NCBI GenBank assembly: GCA_963793305.1
Contig: CAWBZV010000003.1
Span: 928,001-992,000, forward strand
Length of the DNA: 64,000 bases
Direction: 5' to 3'
From: an uncultured Gemmatimonadales bacterium
GTDB lineage: Bacteria > Gemmatimonadota > Gemmatimonadetes > Gemmatimonadales > Gemmatimonadaceae
Below the pieces are notes generated by a model, which had not been told where the DNA came from, searched no databases, and saw nothing but the letters and a program-made list of their open reading frames with translations. Both the position numbers and the translations under genes were made by a program. Shown here in pieces: positions 9,440-20,467 of this stretch. Position 1 is the first letter of the stretch. Each line of letters starts with the position of its first letter.

Positions 9440-10342
9440 ATGAACCGAATGATACTGATTGTCGTCGCGCTCTGCGCCACATCACTCGGCGCGCAGGGGA
9501 CGCTCGACGAGTACGTGTACACCGCACCAACCGGGTGGACGACACAACGCTATCCCGATGGCATCGTGCTCTCGGCCACGGGGAACAACAACGAGCGATG
9601 CCTCTTGCAGATATGGCCGACGCGTCCGGCCGGTCCGAACCTGCAGAGCGACGCACAGGCGGTCTACCAGGAAGTGTTCAAGACCTATCAGATCGTCAAC
9701 GTGTCCGACAACGGCAACACGCTCGGTCCGACCGTCATTCGTGGGACATCGGGACACGGCTGGGATTATCTCATCCTCAAGGATGGCATCCGGAAACCAC
9801 CCATTGGGGGCCAGCGGTTCATGACCCTCTACAGCTTCGTCTTCGTCGCGCAGCTGCAAGGTCGCCTCGGCGTCATCTCGGGCATGTCGAAAGAGCCGCT
9901 CGTCAGCGCGTGCTTCGGGGAGTCTCTCCGCAATGTGTGGCCGGAGTTTTTCTACAACTTGAATTTCAAGAGTTGGACGGCTACGCCGGATCCGGCACTG
10001 TTGGCCAAGCCGCTGGTCGGCGTGTGGACCACCGCGACCGCGACCGTCGCCGATCAATGGGTGTTCACAGACAACGGTCGGTACGGCGGGGCGTCCGCCG
10101 TGCAGAACTACAGTGGACTCTCCAATGGCACGGTCCTCGAAACGACGCGCGCATACTTCGGCGATGGGGCGTACACGTTGAACGGGAACGTCATGCACTT
10201 GACTCCCGATGACAAAGGGAAGAATCCTCAGGTCGCCCTGGTCCGCGTTGAAGCGGAGAACGGCGCGCCGATTCTCTACATCATGAGAAAGAGCTCGGTC
10301 GATGGGAGTATCTATGAAGTGCGATACAAGCGGCAGCACTAG
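9440..10342 (+). CDS. Exported hypothetical protein
   Basis: Signal peptide MNRMILIVVALCATSLGA; coding-like 300-aa ORF. Confidence 0.7.
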   Translation: MNRMILIVVALCATSLGAQGTLDEYVYTAPTGWTTQRYPDGIVLSATGNNNERCLLQIWPTRPAGPNLQSDAQAVYQEVFKTYQIVNVSDNGNTLGPTVIRGTSGHGWDYLILKDGIRKPPIGGQRFMTLYSFVFVAQLQGRLGVISGMSKEPLVSACFGESLRNVWPEFFYNLNFKSWTATPDPALLAKPLVGVWTTATATVADQWVFTDNGRYGGASAVQNYSGLSNGTVLETTRAYFGDGAYTLNGNVMHLTPDDKGKNPQVALVRVEAENGAPILYIMRKSSVDGSIYEVRYKRQH

Positions 10343-10462
10343 GGGTGCTGGTCGTTGACGACGTGTTCCGGCACTCGACGGCGCTCGAGGCTAATCTTCG
10401 CGAATGTCTGCGCAGTTGTGCGATGCCGTACCTCTGAGGCCGTAGTTGTTGTACAATACACC

Positions 10463-10915
10463 ATGGGCTTACTCGATCAGTTGGGCGGCATCCTGCAGCA
10501 GTACCAAAGCGGCAATCCCGCCTCCAACCCGGCCTTGGCGGCACATTTCGATCAAGTGGCGTCCGCGGTCCCGACCAACAGTCTCGCAAGCAGCATCGCG
10601 CATGCAATGCAGTCCAATTCGACGCCCGCCTTCAGTCAGATCGTCGGGACACTCTTCAGTCAGGCCAACCCATCACAGCGGTCGGGCATTCTCGGCCAGC
10701 TCCTGACCGCTGCCGGGTCGTCGGCGACGCCCATCCCTGCACAGCAGATGTCGCCGGAGGCCGTGGTCCAGTTGGCCGAGCAGGCGCACGCGGCGAATCC
10801 TGCGGTGATCAACGAGATGAGCGCGCTCTTGGCGCAACATCCGCAGTTGGTCAAAGGCCTCGGCGCCGAGGTCCTCGGCGTCGTGATGACGCACCTGTCG
10901 GCCCAGCATCGATAA
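10463..10915 (+). CDS. YidB/DUF937-like small helical protein
   Basis: MGLLDQLGGILQQY start; Gln/Ala-rich helical sequence. Confidence 0.6.
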   Translation: MGLLDQLGGILQQYQSGNPASNPALAAHFDQVASAVPTNSLASSIAHAMQSNSTPAFSQIVGTLFSQANPSQRSGILGQLLTAAGSSATPIPAQQMSPEAVVQLAEQAHAANPAVINEMSALLAQHPQLVKGLGAEVLGVVMTHLSAQHR

Positions 10916-11001
10916 AGCCGACGGTGGCTGGCACGTGATCTGCGACGGCTGAAGGCATCACATCGCCGGGGACGGCGAACTTCGGCAGCGACCAGACCAT
11001 G

Positions 11002-11058
11002 TTATCCATCGCCGGCATCTGATGCATCGGCGCGTGCGGCAATGCGGAGGTCCCGCAT
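11002..11058 (-). pseudogene. Stub of a further ADOP permease gene (MRDLRIAAR...)
   Basis: ATG overlaps the TAA of the preceding permease; first 9 codons match the ADOP N-terminal pattern, then unrelated sequence and a stop. Confidence 0.45.
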
Positions 11059-13423
11059 TATTCCCACTGGAGCACCCGCGCCGGATCGACGCAACTCGCC
11101 TGATACGCCGGGACGTACGCCGCGATCGCTGCGACGCCGAGCAACACGGCGCAGGCGCCGAGAAGCGCAATGGGGTCGGTTGGACTCACCTCGAACAGCA
11201 TCGATCGCAGCAATCGCGAGGCGGCGAGCGCCCCCGCGGTCCCCACCGCGGCGCCGCCGAGCGCGACGCGCATGGCGCCGCGTAGAGACGTCGACGCGCA
11301 CCCGGGCCGGGGTCGCGCCCAACGCCATCCGCACGCCGATGTCGCGGATTTGCTCGCGGACGGCCGACGCCATAATGCCGTAGAGGCCGATCGCGGCGAG
11401 CAATAACGCGACGAGGCCGAACGCGGAGAGCAATGCCGTGCTCAGCCGCGGCTGGGCTAACGGTCCGGCGAGATGGTCGTTCATCGTGCGCACGCGCCAC
11501 AGCGTGACCTGTGGATCGGTGCGCTTCAGGAGATCACGAATCTCCGGCGCCAAAGTGTTGGCGTCGGTTGCCGTGCGCACGGCGATCGTACCGGTCCACC
11601 AGAACTGGCGCCATGGGAAGAAGATGGTCGGGCTCCCCTCGCGCATGGCGCGGAAGTGCAGGTCGTGCGCGACGCCGACCACGGTGCGCCACACCGAGTC
11701 GCCCTCGAACCGAATGCGCTTGCCGAGCGGATCGACGCCGGGCCAGAAGTAGCGCGAGGCGGCTTGGCTCACGACGACGACCGGAGAACCATCCTCGCGG
11801 TCGCTCGGCAGGAAGCCGCGACCGCGCTCCAGCGTGACACCCAGCGTCCGGAAATAATCCGGACCGCCTACCTCGAGTGGCGTCAGCGGATTGTGGCGGA
11901 CTTCCTCGGGCGACTGACCCTCGGCCTGCATGATGCCCGCCATCACGTTCGTGCCGATAAACGGCGGCAGGATCACCGGTGTCATGGAGGTGACGCCTGG
12001 CAACGCCGCGATCGCCGGCGCCACCTCATCGTAGACCCCGAACGATTTGGTGGGCTCGCTGAAACGCAGTCGCGTACTGGGAAGCGTCAGCTCGACCAGC
12101 GTCAGGTGGTCAGCCCGGTATCCCAGGTCGAGATGCTCGAGCCGTTGAAGGCTACGGACGAGGAGCGCCGCACCCGTGAGCATCATGAGCGCAAGCGCGA
12201 CCTGAGACGCGACGAGCAGTTGCCGTGTGCGGCGGCGTTCGCGGGTGAGGCTCTTGCCCGTGCGCAGATCGAGCTGCACGACCTTCATCGACGGCGCGAC
12301 GCCACAGACGAGCGTCACGACCGCGGTCAGCGCCAGCCCGGCGAGAAACGGCGCCACGCCGAGGCCAACGGCGTCGATGCGGGGGAGCTCGGGCGGTGCG
12401 AGAGAGCGCAACCCCCTGAGCGCGGCTTCGGCACAGGCGAGACCGAGCGCGCCACCCATGGCCGCCAGCACCGCGCTCTCCACCATCAAGTGCCGCAGGA
12501 TGTCGCGCGAGGTCGCGCCGATCGCTCGCCGTGTGGCCAACTCGCGCGATCGGGCCGCTGCGCGGAGGAGCAGAAGGTTGCCGACGTTCACACACGCGAT
12601 AGCCAAGAGCAGCATGACCGCGCCCGTGAGCACGACGATCACCGGACGCGCGTCGCCCACGATGGCCGTCCGAAGCGTGCGCACGTCGACGCGCGCGACG
12701 TTGAGCCCTGCTCCCGCGCGGCGCGCATCGATCGCTTTCGCGAGCGTGGAGAAGTCGGCGCGCGCAACCGCCGGCGTCGTGCCCGGTCTCAAGCGGGCAA
12801 TGAGATCGAGGTCCCTCTGGCCCGCGTTCAACGGGACCCAGCAATCGGCGCCCACGGGATAGTCCAAGCCCGGCGGCGCGACACCGACGATCGCGTACGA
12901 CCAGTTCGTGCGCGTGAAGCGCAGCCGGTGGCCGATCACGCCCGGGTCACCGGCGAACTGTCGCTGCCACGCGCGGTAGCTCAACACCATCACGTGAGCG
13001 GTGCTGTCGTCCGACGGTTGCAGCAGGCGGCCGATCACGGGACGGACGCCGAGGAGACTGAAGAAGTCGGCGGTCACCGCTGCTTGGTGCAGCACGACGG
13101 CCTGGTCACCGTCGGCGAGCGGAAACGTGTACGAGCCGTAGTGGGCGAACCCGGCAACCTGCCGCATCGTGCGCGAGTCCCGCTCGAGATCCTGGATCTC
13201 CGCCGGCGTGAACGGAAGGTCGACGCCGGCCGCGTCCAGCGTGCGGGGGACGACGACCTCGTCCTGCGCGAGGATCGGGAGTGGTCGGAGGAGCACGGCG
13301 CTGAAGACGCCCCACATCGCCACCGCCATGCCGATGCCGATCCCAAGGATCAACACCGCCGTCACCGAGAACGTCGGGTTGCGCAGGAGACCCGCGCAAC
13401 GCCATCCGAACGTCGTGCATCAT
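11058..13423 (-). CDS. ADOP-type ABC permease (duplicated MacB-PCD/FtsX); frameshifts near 13392 and 11287
   Basis: MMHDVRMALRG/LLRNPTFSVTAVLILGIGIG, LAIACVNVGNLLL, AIGLYGIMA..VREQIRDIGVRMALGA and AAYVPAYQASCVDP, spread over three ORF segments. Confidence 0.9.
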
Positions 13424-14127
13424 TTCGCGGGAGGTGGCGTGAACCGCTGCGCGTCCACCGGCGCGTTCGGGCGCACATCGCTGTACTCCTCGCGCTGCAC
13501 GATCTTGCCGTCGCTATACGTCTCGACGGTCTCGGAGACCCAGCCCGGCTGCGTCTCGACATAGTTGTCGAACCGGTAATCCAGCCCCTTCGTGCTGTCA
13601 CGAGGATTCGGCTGAACGGCGCGCACGAACAACAGGCGCTCCTTGTCGACCCAGAGCTGGTGAGCGCCGCTCCCGATCACGTAGGCTTTTCGCCCCTCCC
13701 ACATGTCCTCGCGGACCGGCGTCATCGGATAGTGCTCCTTCGCCAGCATGGCCAGCGTGCGCTCGGCCGGCTGCGTGTACACGTCGAATCCCATGATCAA
13801 CAGGATATTGCGCGACTCCGTCCGCAGGAACACGCTGTCGCCGCGCCAGACGTACTCCGAGTCACCCAGGTACATGGCCGTGATCGCGCCGGTCGGGCGC
13901 TCGATCTCCACGCGCAGCCGCCCCGGGAACATCGCCTCCTCGTTCCACGTCTGCACGACCATCGTGTCGGCCGGCGTCCGGAGCGTCGTGCGCTGGCTGA
14001 ACGTGAGCGTATGGTACCACGTCTGCGCGTACCGGTCGTGCATCGCACGAATCACGGCGTCGCCACTCGCTGGGGCGTTCTGGAAGCCGAGCAGGATGCC
14101 GGCCACAAGGGTGAGGCGAACGAGCAT
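13420..14127 (-). CDS. Exported LolA-like / outer-membrane lipoprotein-sorting protein
   Basis: Signal peptide; LWVDKERLLFVR and C-terminal NAPVDAQRFTPP; ATGA-coupled to the permease. Confidence 0.7.
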   Translation of the reverse strand: MLVRLTLVAGILLGFQNAPASGDAVIRAMHDRYAQTWYHTLTFSQRTTLRTPADTMVVQTWNEEAMFPGRLRVEIERPTGAITAMYLGDSEYVWRGDSVFLRTESRNILLIMGFDVYTQPAERTLAMLAKEHYPMTPVREDMWEGRKAYVIGSGAHQLWVDKERLLFVRAVQPNPRDSTKGLDYRFDNYVETQPGWVSETVETYSDGKIVQREEYSDVRPNAPVDAQRFTPPPAK

Positions 14128-14161
14128 GGAAGCTCCTGGGGTGAGATGACCACTACCTCGG

Positions 14162-14175
14162 GATAGTATACTATC
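14162..14175. promoter_or_regulatory. Perfect 14-bp palindrome, putative operator
   Basis: GATAGTATACTATC, about 35 bp upstream of the LolA-like/ADOP operon. Confidence 0.5.
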
Positions 14176-14184
14176 AGCGCACTA

Positions 14185-15291
14185 TCATCGATCAACCGGG
14201 AGCACGAGCGCCACGCGAAATCCGCCGCCCGGCGCGTTCCCGGCGTCGAACGTGTGCCGCTCGCCGTACTGCGCCCGCAGACGTTCCCGCACGCTCACGA
14301 GGCCGTGTCCGGCCACCTGGCCGTCCTGATGTGGTGGGGCGCCGCGTCCGTCGTCGACAATGTCGATGTGCAGTGTTTGCGCCACCAGGCGCGCCGCGAT
14401 CTCGATCCGACCACCTTGCTCGAGCGGCTCGATGCCGTGCTGAATCGCGTTCTCCACACATGGCTGCAAGATCATGCTCGGCACGAGGGCTGACCGGGCC
14501 GCGTCCTCGATGGCCCACTCGACCGTCAATCGGTCGCCGAAGCGAGCGGTCTGGATCGCGACATACCGCCTCAGAAACTCGATCTCCTGCTCGAGCGGGA
14601 TCGCGTGCTCGTCCATCCGATCCAGGGCCATACGCAGCAGATCCCCGAGCTCGGCCAACACTCGGCGCGCGGACACCACGTCTTCGGCCATCAGCGCCGA
14701 TACGGTGTGCAGCGCATTGAATAGGAAGTGGGGTTGCAACTGCCGCTGGAGCACATGGAATCGAAAACGGGCCAGCTCGGCTTCCAACGCCGCCTCCCGC
14801 CGGCCCCGATCGCGATAGGCGCCGTAGTAGATGAGCGCATGATAGAGCAGTACGGCGATCGCAAAGACAAGCACTGTGGCAGGGAAGGTCTGCGTGAAGG
14901 CGTTCCACACGTCGCTCACAAAGGCGTGCGAGCCGGCCGGCCCCGCGAGCATGAGCGGCACGCTGAACAGTCGACTGAGCGCGGTCATGAAGGCCGCGCT
15001 CACCACACCCGCCAGCGCCGCGGCCGCGATCCAGACCGGTGAGCGACGCAGCAGGTGACCGCTCTCCAAGCGCCAGTGCCGACCGAGCAGCGCAATGGCG
15101 GGAGCCAGCAGCACCCAGGACGACCAGAAAATGAGCCCACCTGTGACCACTCGGATCAGCGGAACGTGCGACCATGCAGCAGACGAGACCGCGCTTTGGG
15201 TGGTCTGCAGCAACGTGAGCAGCACGACGCCCACAATCCCCGCGCCAATCGCAATGAGCACATCTGAGCCGACGCGAGAACGAATTGCCAT
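14185..15291 (-). CDS. LytS/YpdA-type sensor histidine kinase
   Basis: Four N-terminal TMs; LQRQLQPHFLFNALHTVS, LQPCVENAIQHG, DDGRG, GHGL..VRERL. Confidence 0.92.
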   Translation of the reverse strand: MAIRSRVGSDVLIAIGAGIVGVVLLTLLQTTQSAVSSAAWSHVPLIRVVTGGLIFWSSWVLLAPAIALLGRHWRLESGHLLRRSPVWIAAAALAGVVSAAFMTALSRLFSVPLMLAGPAGSHAFVSDVWNAFTQTFPATVLVFAIAVLLYHALIYYGAYRDRGRREAALEAELARFRFHVLQRQLQPHFLFNALHTVSALMAEDVVSARRVLAELGDLLRMALDRMDEHAIPLEQEIEFLRRYVAIQTARFGDRLTVEWAIEDAARSALVPSMILQPCVENAIQHGIEPLEQGGRIEIAARLVAQTLHIDIVDDGRGAPPHQDGQVAGHGLVSVRERLRAQYGERHTFDAGNAPGGGFRVALVLPVDR

Positions 15292-15454
15292 ATGCCATTC
15301 GAACTTAATGACGGCAGGCGCCGCGCCCGAGAGGCGTTTCGACCGAGTGGCATTTCTTGCGGGTCGGCGGCCGAATCCTGCGTCTCGCGCCAGATCCGTT
15401 GCCATGCGCACGTGGTCGGCCACAGTGTGCGCTCGCCCTTACCGGAGTACCTAC

Positions 15455-16180
15455 GTGTTGCGCTGCTTGTCCGTGCTGTGCCTGCTCACCGTTGTCCGAG
15501 CCGACCCCTTCGTCGGCAAATGGAGGCTCAACCCGTCCAAAAGCAGACTGCCCGACGAAATGACGGTCGTGGTCGCGGGCCCAAACCGATACGCCCTCAC
15601 TTTTGCTCCCGGCGCAGTCGATACCATCGTCGCCGATGGGCGTGACCACCCGGCCCTGCAGGGGTCCACGTTCTCCATCACCGTGGAGGGACCCAACAAC
15701 TGGAAGATGATCCGCAAGCAAGGGGATCACCTGTTGGTCTCGGCGGAGTGGACGCTTTCCGGAGACGGCCAAACGCTCACCGATGCCTTTACCGGCTATC
15801 GGCCCGACGGTTCGACATTGAGCGTGCACTACGTATACGAGCGGACGGCGGGGAGCTCAGGTTTCCCGGGCACATGGGATAGCGTGAAGGAGGAGGTGGG
15901 CACGGTCATCGAGCTCACGATCCAGTCCTACCAGGGTGACGGGCTTGCATTTGATAGTCACGAACTGACACTGGCGAAGAAGATCACGTTCAATGGGAGG
16001 GACTCTCTATCGTCAGGCCGCCGCGTGAACGAACGCAGTCTGGAAATAACAAACAAGTCTCAAGGCCAGGTTACGGGTACCCAGCAGGTCGAGCTTTCTC
16101 CAGATCTCAACACCTTGACGATGACCGCGCGCCAGGGAGATCACAGCAAGCCCACCATCCTGGTGTTTGAACGGGAATGA
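15455..16180 (+). CDS. Exported hypothetical beta-rich protein (two internal repeats)
   Basis: Signal-like start; DPFVGKWRLNPSKS; LS.DG.TLT motif occurs twice. Confidence 0.7.
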   Translation: MLRCLSVLCLLTVVRADPFVGKWRLNPSKSRLPDEMTVVVAGPNRYALTFAPGAVDTIVADGRDHPALQGSTFSITVEGPNNWKMIRKQGDHLLVSAEWTLSGDGQTLTDAFTGYRPDGSTLSVHYVYERTAGSSGFPGTWDSVKEEVGTVIELTIQSYQGDGLAFDSHELTLAKKITFNGRDSLSSGRRVNERSLEITNKSQGQVTGTQQVELSPDLNTLTMTARQGDHSKPTILVFERE

Positions 16181-17218
16181 ACAGGCTCACGCTGATCGCC
16201 GTCATACTCGCCGCGCCGGTCCTCCGCGCACAAGCGCCGACAGAGGTCGCGCCTGGCATCTTCGCGTTCACGCCGAACAATACGACCGACGGTCTCCCCG
16301 ACGGGAACGCGACCGTGATCATCGGGTCGAAGGCCGTCCTGGTCGTCGACGCCCCGAGCGTGCGCTTGTCGCGCGAGCACCTGCGTTGGATCCGGAGCAA
16401 GACCTCGCTGCCAGTCCGGTATGTCGTCAACACGCACTGGCACCTCGACCACGTGTCGGGGAATCAGGTGTACGCGGAGCAATTCCCCGGCGTCGAGATC
16501 ATTGCGAGCGGCGAGACTCGCGACCTTTCGATATGGCGCAATCCGTCCACGCTCGCACAACAACAAGCGCTCAACCCGGATAACGTGGCCGCCGCCCGCA
16601 AGCAGACCCTCCAGTCACACGCCACGCCGTACGAGGCCGCGCACGTGCTGGATGCGTTGGACAAGGCGACTCGGGAATGGCCCGTCTGGCGCGAGACACG
16701 CCTCGTGCAGCCCACGCTCACGTTCGAGGGCGGAGATGGATCTCGATCTCGGCGACCGACACGTCCAGCTCCGCAAGTACGTGGGACACACCACAGGCGA
16801 TGTCGTCGCGTTCATCCCCGAACAGGGCGTGCTCGTCACTGGCGACCTCGTGATCGCCCCGGTCCCGTACGGGTTCACCTCGCACTTTCGGGAGTGGAGC
16901 GAGTCGCTCGCGCGGCTCATGGCGATAGACGGCGTCAAGACGATCGTACCGGGCCACGGAACCGTCCTCTCATCCTGGGACTACGTCCGCTCCGAAAAAG
17001 CCCTGATCGATACCCTGCGCTCGCAGGTGCGCGCGGCCATGCACGCCGGGTTTACCGAAGCCAATCAGGTCGACTCCGTGAAGCAGCACGTCGACCTTTC
17101 ACGGTTCGCGGCCGAGCTGGCGGGGAACGATCCCGCCCGGCAATGGGCGTTCAAGAACTACTTCCTGATACCCGGCATCCCTCAGGCGTTCGACGAGCTG
17201 CGGGTCGAGTCGTTCTAG
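16177..17218 (+). CDS. MBL-fold metallo-hydrolase; frameshift near 16732
   Basis: NTHWHLDH, then GHTTGD, TGDLV and VPGHG in the second frame. Confidence 0.88.
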
Positions 17219-20200
17219 GTGTGACCTGAGGTTCGTTCGCACGATGCCGGCTGTGCTGGCGCCGCAAGAGGCGCCAGCCCAGCAGGCACCCTCAGCGTAT
17301 TCAGGTCCCGCCACCGTGCCAGGGTGTTGCCGAGGTCGCGACAGGCGTCCATGAAGGCGCGGCGCATTGCCGCGGTCGGTGCCAGGTCCCCGTACTCTTG
17401 GGCTGAGAACTGCTGCTCGAAACGATCGTGGAGAGCCACGAAGTCGCTGCGGACACGCATGGGGCCGAAGGCGAATGCAGCCGCGGTGGGCGCGACGCCC
17501 GCCACGCTGTCCAGTCGCGCGCGAAACGTGGCGATCGCTTTCGCCGAAACGGAAGAGGAGTCTCGCGGCCGAAGTGAATCAAGCCGTGCGCGCATCCCAG
17601 CCGCCTGCTGGTACAGGGTGTAGGTCGTTCGCATGGCACCGGCGAGTGCGCGCTGCAGCGCGACCTGCGCGCGCACATCGGCCGTGCTGGCGGCCGAACG
17701 TGGGTCGTTGGTCACGGCCACCTTGGCGGTGTGGGTACGGCCATCGACCGTGAGCTTCAAGGTGTAGGTGCCGGGCGCCACCAGCGCACCCATCGGAGAG
17801 GCCGGTGTCAGTCCGGGATTGGCGTTGATCTCGAACGTGTGGACGAACGCGGGCGGCGGATCATACCGGAGGTCCCAGTGCGTCCGGTTCGCGCCGACGT
17901 TCGCCGGCAGCTGAAACGGCGGGGCCAACCAGAAGTTGGATTCCGGCGGCTGGGCGGCCTCCGGCACACTCGGACCCGGCACGCTCGATAAGTGGCGAAC
18001 CGGCGCGCCCGCCGAGTCGAACACGTCGAGGGTGATCTCGCCCCCTGGCACGCTGGCGAGCCAGTAGTCGATCGCTACTCCCTCTGGTGCATTGAGCGCG
18101 TGCGGGACCTCGAGCGGAAACGGCGTGTCGTAGCCGACGTTGCGCCGCACGCGGATGGCCGGCGCAGGGGTGAAGAGGTGCGCCGCCTCGTGGGCAATCG
18201 CATTCGTCATCTGCCTCAGCACCGTGTAATCGTCCAGCACCCAGATCCCGCGCCCGAACGTACCCACGAGCAGGTCGTTGCCAGCAAAGACGATGTCGCG
18301 GCACGGGGTCCGCGGCAGGTTGAGCTGGAGCGACTGCCACTCGTCGCCATCATTGAACGACACGAACATCCCACTCTCGGTCCCGGCGAACAGCAACCCC
18401 GCGCGTTTCGGGTCCGCCCGCACGACGTGGACGAAACTCCCCGAGGGCTGGTCCGTGGGCAGCCCGTTGGTGATGGGCTCCCAGTGCGCACCAAAGTCGC
18501 GCGTGCGGTAGAGGTGAGGGGCGTAGTCGCCCGCCGCGATGAGGTCCACCACCGCGTACGCCGTCGTCGAGTCGAAGGGCGATGCGTCGATCGTCTCGAC
18601 GATGGCGCGCGTCGGGTATGCGGTATTGGGCATCGAGACATCGGTCCAAGTGCGACCGTGGTCTCTCGTCAACTTGATCAGCCCATTCGTCGTTCCAACC
18701 CATATGGTGCCAGCGGCCACGGGTGACGGCGCAATCGAGGCGATCGTAGGAGGACGCGGCTGGCCCCTGCGCGGCGTGGCCGTGTCGGGGGACGCTCGCA
18801 CGCCGCGCGGCAGGGTGAGATCGGGGCTCAACTGCCGCCAGTCGGCGCCGCCATTGGTCGTCGTCATCAGATACTGATAGCCGGCCAGCAACTCGTGTTG
18901 ATTGCGAGGAGCAAAGACGATCGGCGCCGACAAGGACAGCCGGAGATGCAGGGCGGGATCCACATTCGGGCTCACCGAAACCCACTGACCGGTCGGCATA
19001 TTGATCCGGTTCAACCCGATGCCACTCGCGTACACCGTCTTGTGATCGAGCGGATCAGGCACGATCGTCCCCCACTCCCACCCATCGACGGGGCTCCAGT
19101 CGAGGGGCGTGATCTCGCCGAGATCGCCCCGTGCCCGAGTACGGATCGCGCCGGCATCCTGCTGTGTCGCGTACACCCAATAGGGGAAGCTGTTGTCGGC
19201 CGAGATGTGGTACACCTGCTCGGTGTTCTGGTTATACCACAAGCTCCACGTCGCGCCGCCGTCGAGCGTGACGATCGCACCCTGGTCGTAGCCAAGGACG
19301 ATTCGGTGGCCGTTCGTGGGATCGATCCATGCTGTTTGCGGGTCATCGCCCCCGGGCGCGCCTCTAAACCCGGTGAAGGTGGCGCCGCCGTCGGTGGACT
19401 TGTACGCCGAGGTGTTCAAGGTGTAGACGACGTCGGGATTCGCGGGATCGACGTAGACGCCGCAGTTGTACCCGCCCTGCCCGTTGCGAATGCGCTCGTC
19501 GTCGGCATCCATCTGGCGCCAGGTGGTGCCCCCGTCGTCGGATCGGAACAAGCCATCGTTGGTGATGACGTAGACGCGTTGGCCGTTGGTATTCATGGCG
19601 ACAGCGATGGAGGTCCGCCCGTTCACGCCTGGGACAGTCGGGCCGGTGAGCGCTCGCCACGTGAGGCCCCCGTCGTCGGATCGGTAGATCCCTCCGCCGG
19701 TGGGAGCGTGTGGCTGTGGAGGCGTCGACGTGTCGACACCGCTGGGCAAAAGCGGCGGCACGTAGAAGACGGTCGTCGTCGCAAACACGACCTGCGGTCG
19801 GTCGGCGGCCATGGCCAGACTCGCAACGCCCGCCGTGTCACCAACGTCCAGCGTCCGAGTCCACGTCGCGCCGCCGTCGGTGCTGCGGAAGACGCCTCGC
19901 GTCGCGCTTCTGCGGAACTGCGGTCCGAGCGCAGCCACCAGGACGGTGTTCGCATCGCGCGGATCGACGAGGATCGACGGCACGCGCTTGGAATCCTCGA
20001 GCCCGAGGTGGTGCCAGGTCTTGCCCGCGTCGACCGAGCGATAGATGCCGTCACCCTCGGTGAGCTGCCACTGCCCCATGACGGGTTGGCCGCCCGTCCC
20101 GACGTACACGACGTCGGCGTTCGATGGTGCGACAGCAATGGCGCCGACGGCCGAGATCGAGGTGACGGCGTCGAAGATCGGAAACCAGGTCTCGCCGGCG

Positions 20201-20430
20201 CTCGTGGTCTTCCAGACACCACCGGCGGCCGCTCCGAAGTAGAACGTGCCAGGTTCGCCGATCACACCGGCGACGGCCGACACACGGCCACCGCGGAACG
20301 GTCCGATGTTGCGCCAAGCGAGTCCGTGGAGCAGCGTGTCGTCAACGAGCCCCGGGCCTGGTCCGAGGAGCAGTGCCGTCGCTAGGGCTATTGGCGTTGC
20401 CAGAAGAAAAGCACCATGAACACGCAGCAT
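17215..20430 (-). CDS. VPS10/BNR-repeat glycosyl hydrolase-like protein
   Basis: WRNIGPFRGGRV; many Asp-box repeats (RSTDGGATW, RSDDGGLTW); probable start MLRVHGAF. Confidence 0.9.
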   Translation of the reverse strand: MLRVHGAFLLATPIALATALLLGPGPGLVDDTLLHGLAWRNIGPFRGGRVSAVAGVIGEPGTFYFGAAAGGVWKTTSAGETWFPIFDAVTSISAVGAIAVAPSNADVVYVGTGGQPVMGQWQLTEGDGIYRSVDAGKTWHHLGLEDSKRVPSILVDPRDANTVLVAALGPQFRRSATRGVFRSTDGGATWTRTLDVGDTAGVASLAMAADRPQVVFATTTVFYVPPLLPSGVDTSTPPQPHAPTGGGIYRSDDGGLTWRALTGPTVPGVNGRTSIAVAMNTNGQRVYVITNDGLFRSDDGGTTWRQMDADDERIRNGQGGYNCGVYVDPANPDVVYTLNTSAYKSTDGGATFTGFRGAPGGDDPQTAWIDPTNGHRIVLGYDQGAIVTLDGGATWSLWYNQNTEQVYHISADNSFPYWVYATQQDAGAIRTRARGDLGEITPLDWSPVDGWEWGTIVPDPLDHKTVYASGIGLNRINMPTGQWVSVSPNVDPALHLRLSLSAPIVFAPRNQHELLAGYQYLMTTTNGGADWRQLSPDLTLPRGVRASPDTATPRRGQPRPPTIASIAPSPVAAGTIWVGTTNGLIKLTRDHGRTWTDVSMPNTAYPTRAIVETIDASPFDSTTAYAVVDLIAAGDYAPHLYRTRDFGAHWEPITNGLPTDQPSGSFVHVVRADPKRAGLLFAGTESGMFVSFNDGDEWQSLQLNLPRTPCRDIVFAGNDLLVGTFGRGIWVLDDYTVLRQMTNAIAHEAAHLFTPAPAIRVRRNVGYDTPFPLEVPHALNAPEGVAIDYWLASVPGGEITLDVFDSAGAPVRHLSSVPGPSVPEAAQPPESNFWLAPPFQLPANVGANRTHWDLRYDPPPAFVHTFEINANPGLTPASPMGALVAPGTYTLKLTVDGRTHTAKVAVTNDPRSAASTADVRAQVALQRALAGAMRTTYTLYQQAAGMRARLDSLRPRDSSSVSAKAIATFRARLDSVAGVAPTAAAFAFGPMRVRSDFVALHDRFEQQFSAQEYGDLAPTAAMRRAFMDACRDLGNTLARWRDLNTLRVPAGLAPLAAPAQPASCERTSGHT

Positions 20431-20467
20431 GCGGGAAGACCTCGATAGGAGTCGGACAGCCTCCAGT

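Noticed and set aside
11473..14166. 897-aa + strand ORF
   Set aside because: Antisense shadow of the permease and LolA-like genes; Arg/His-rich, no motifs; expected in high-GC DNA.
18895..20385. 496-aa + strand ORF (likewise 56975-58522, 60378-61649, 20429-21481)
   Set aside because: Antisense to well-supported genes, with no recognisable domains.
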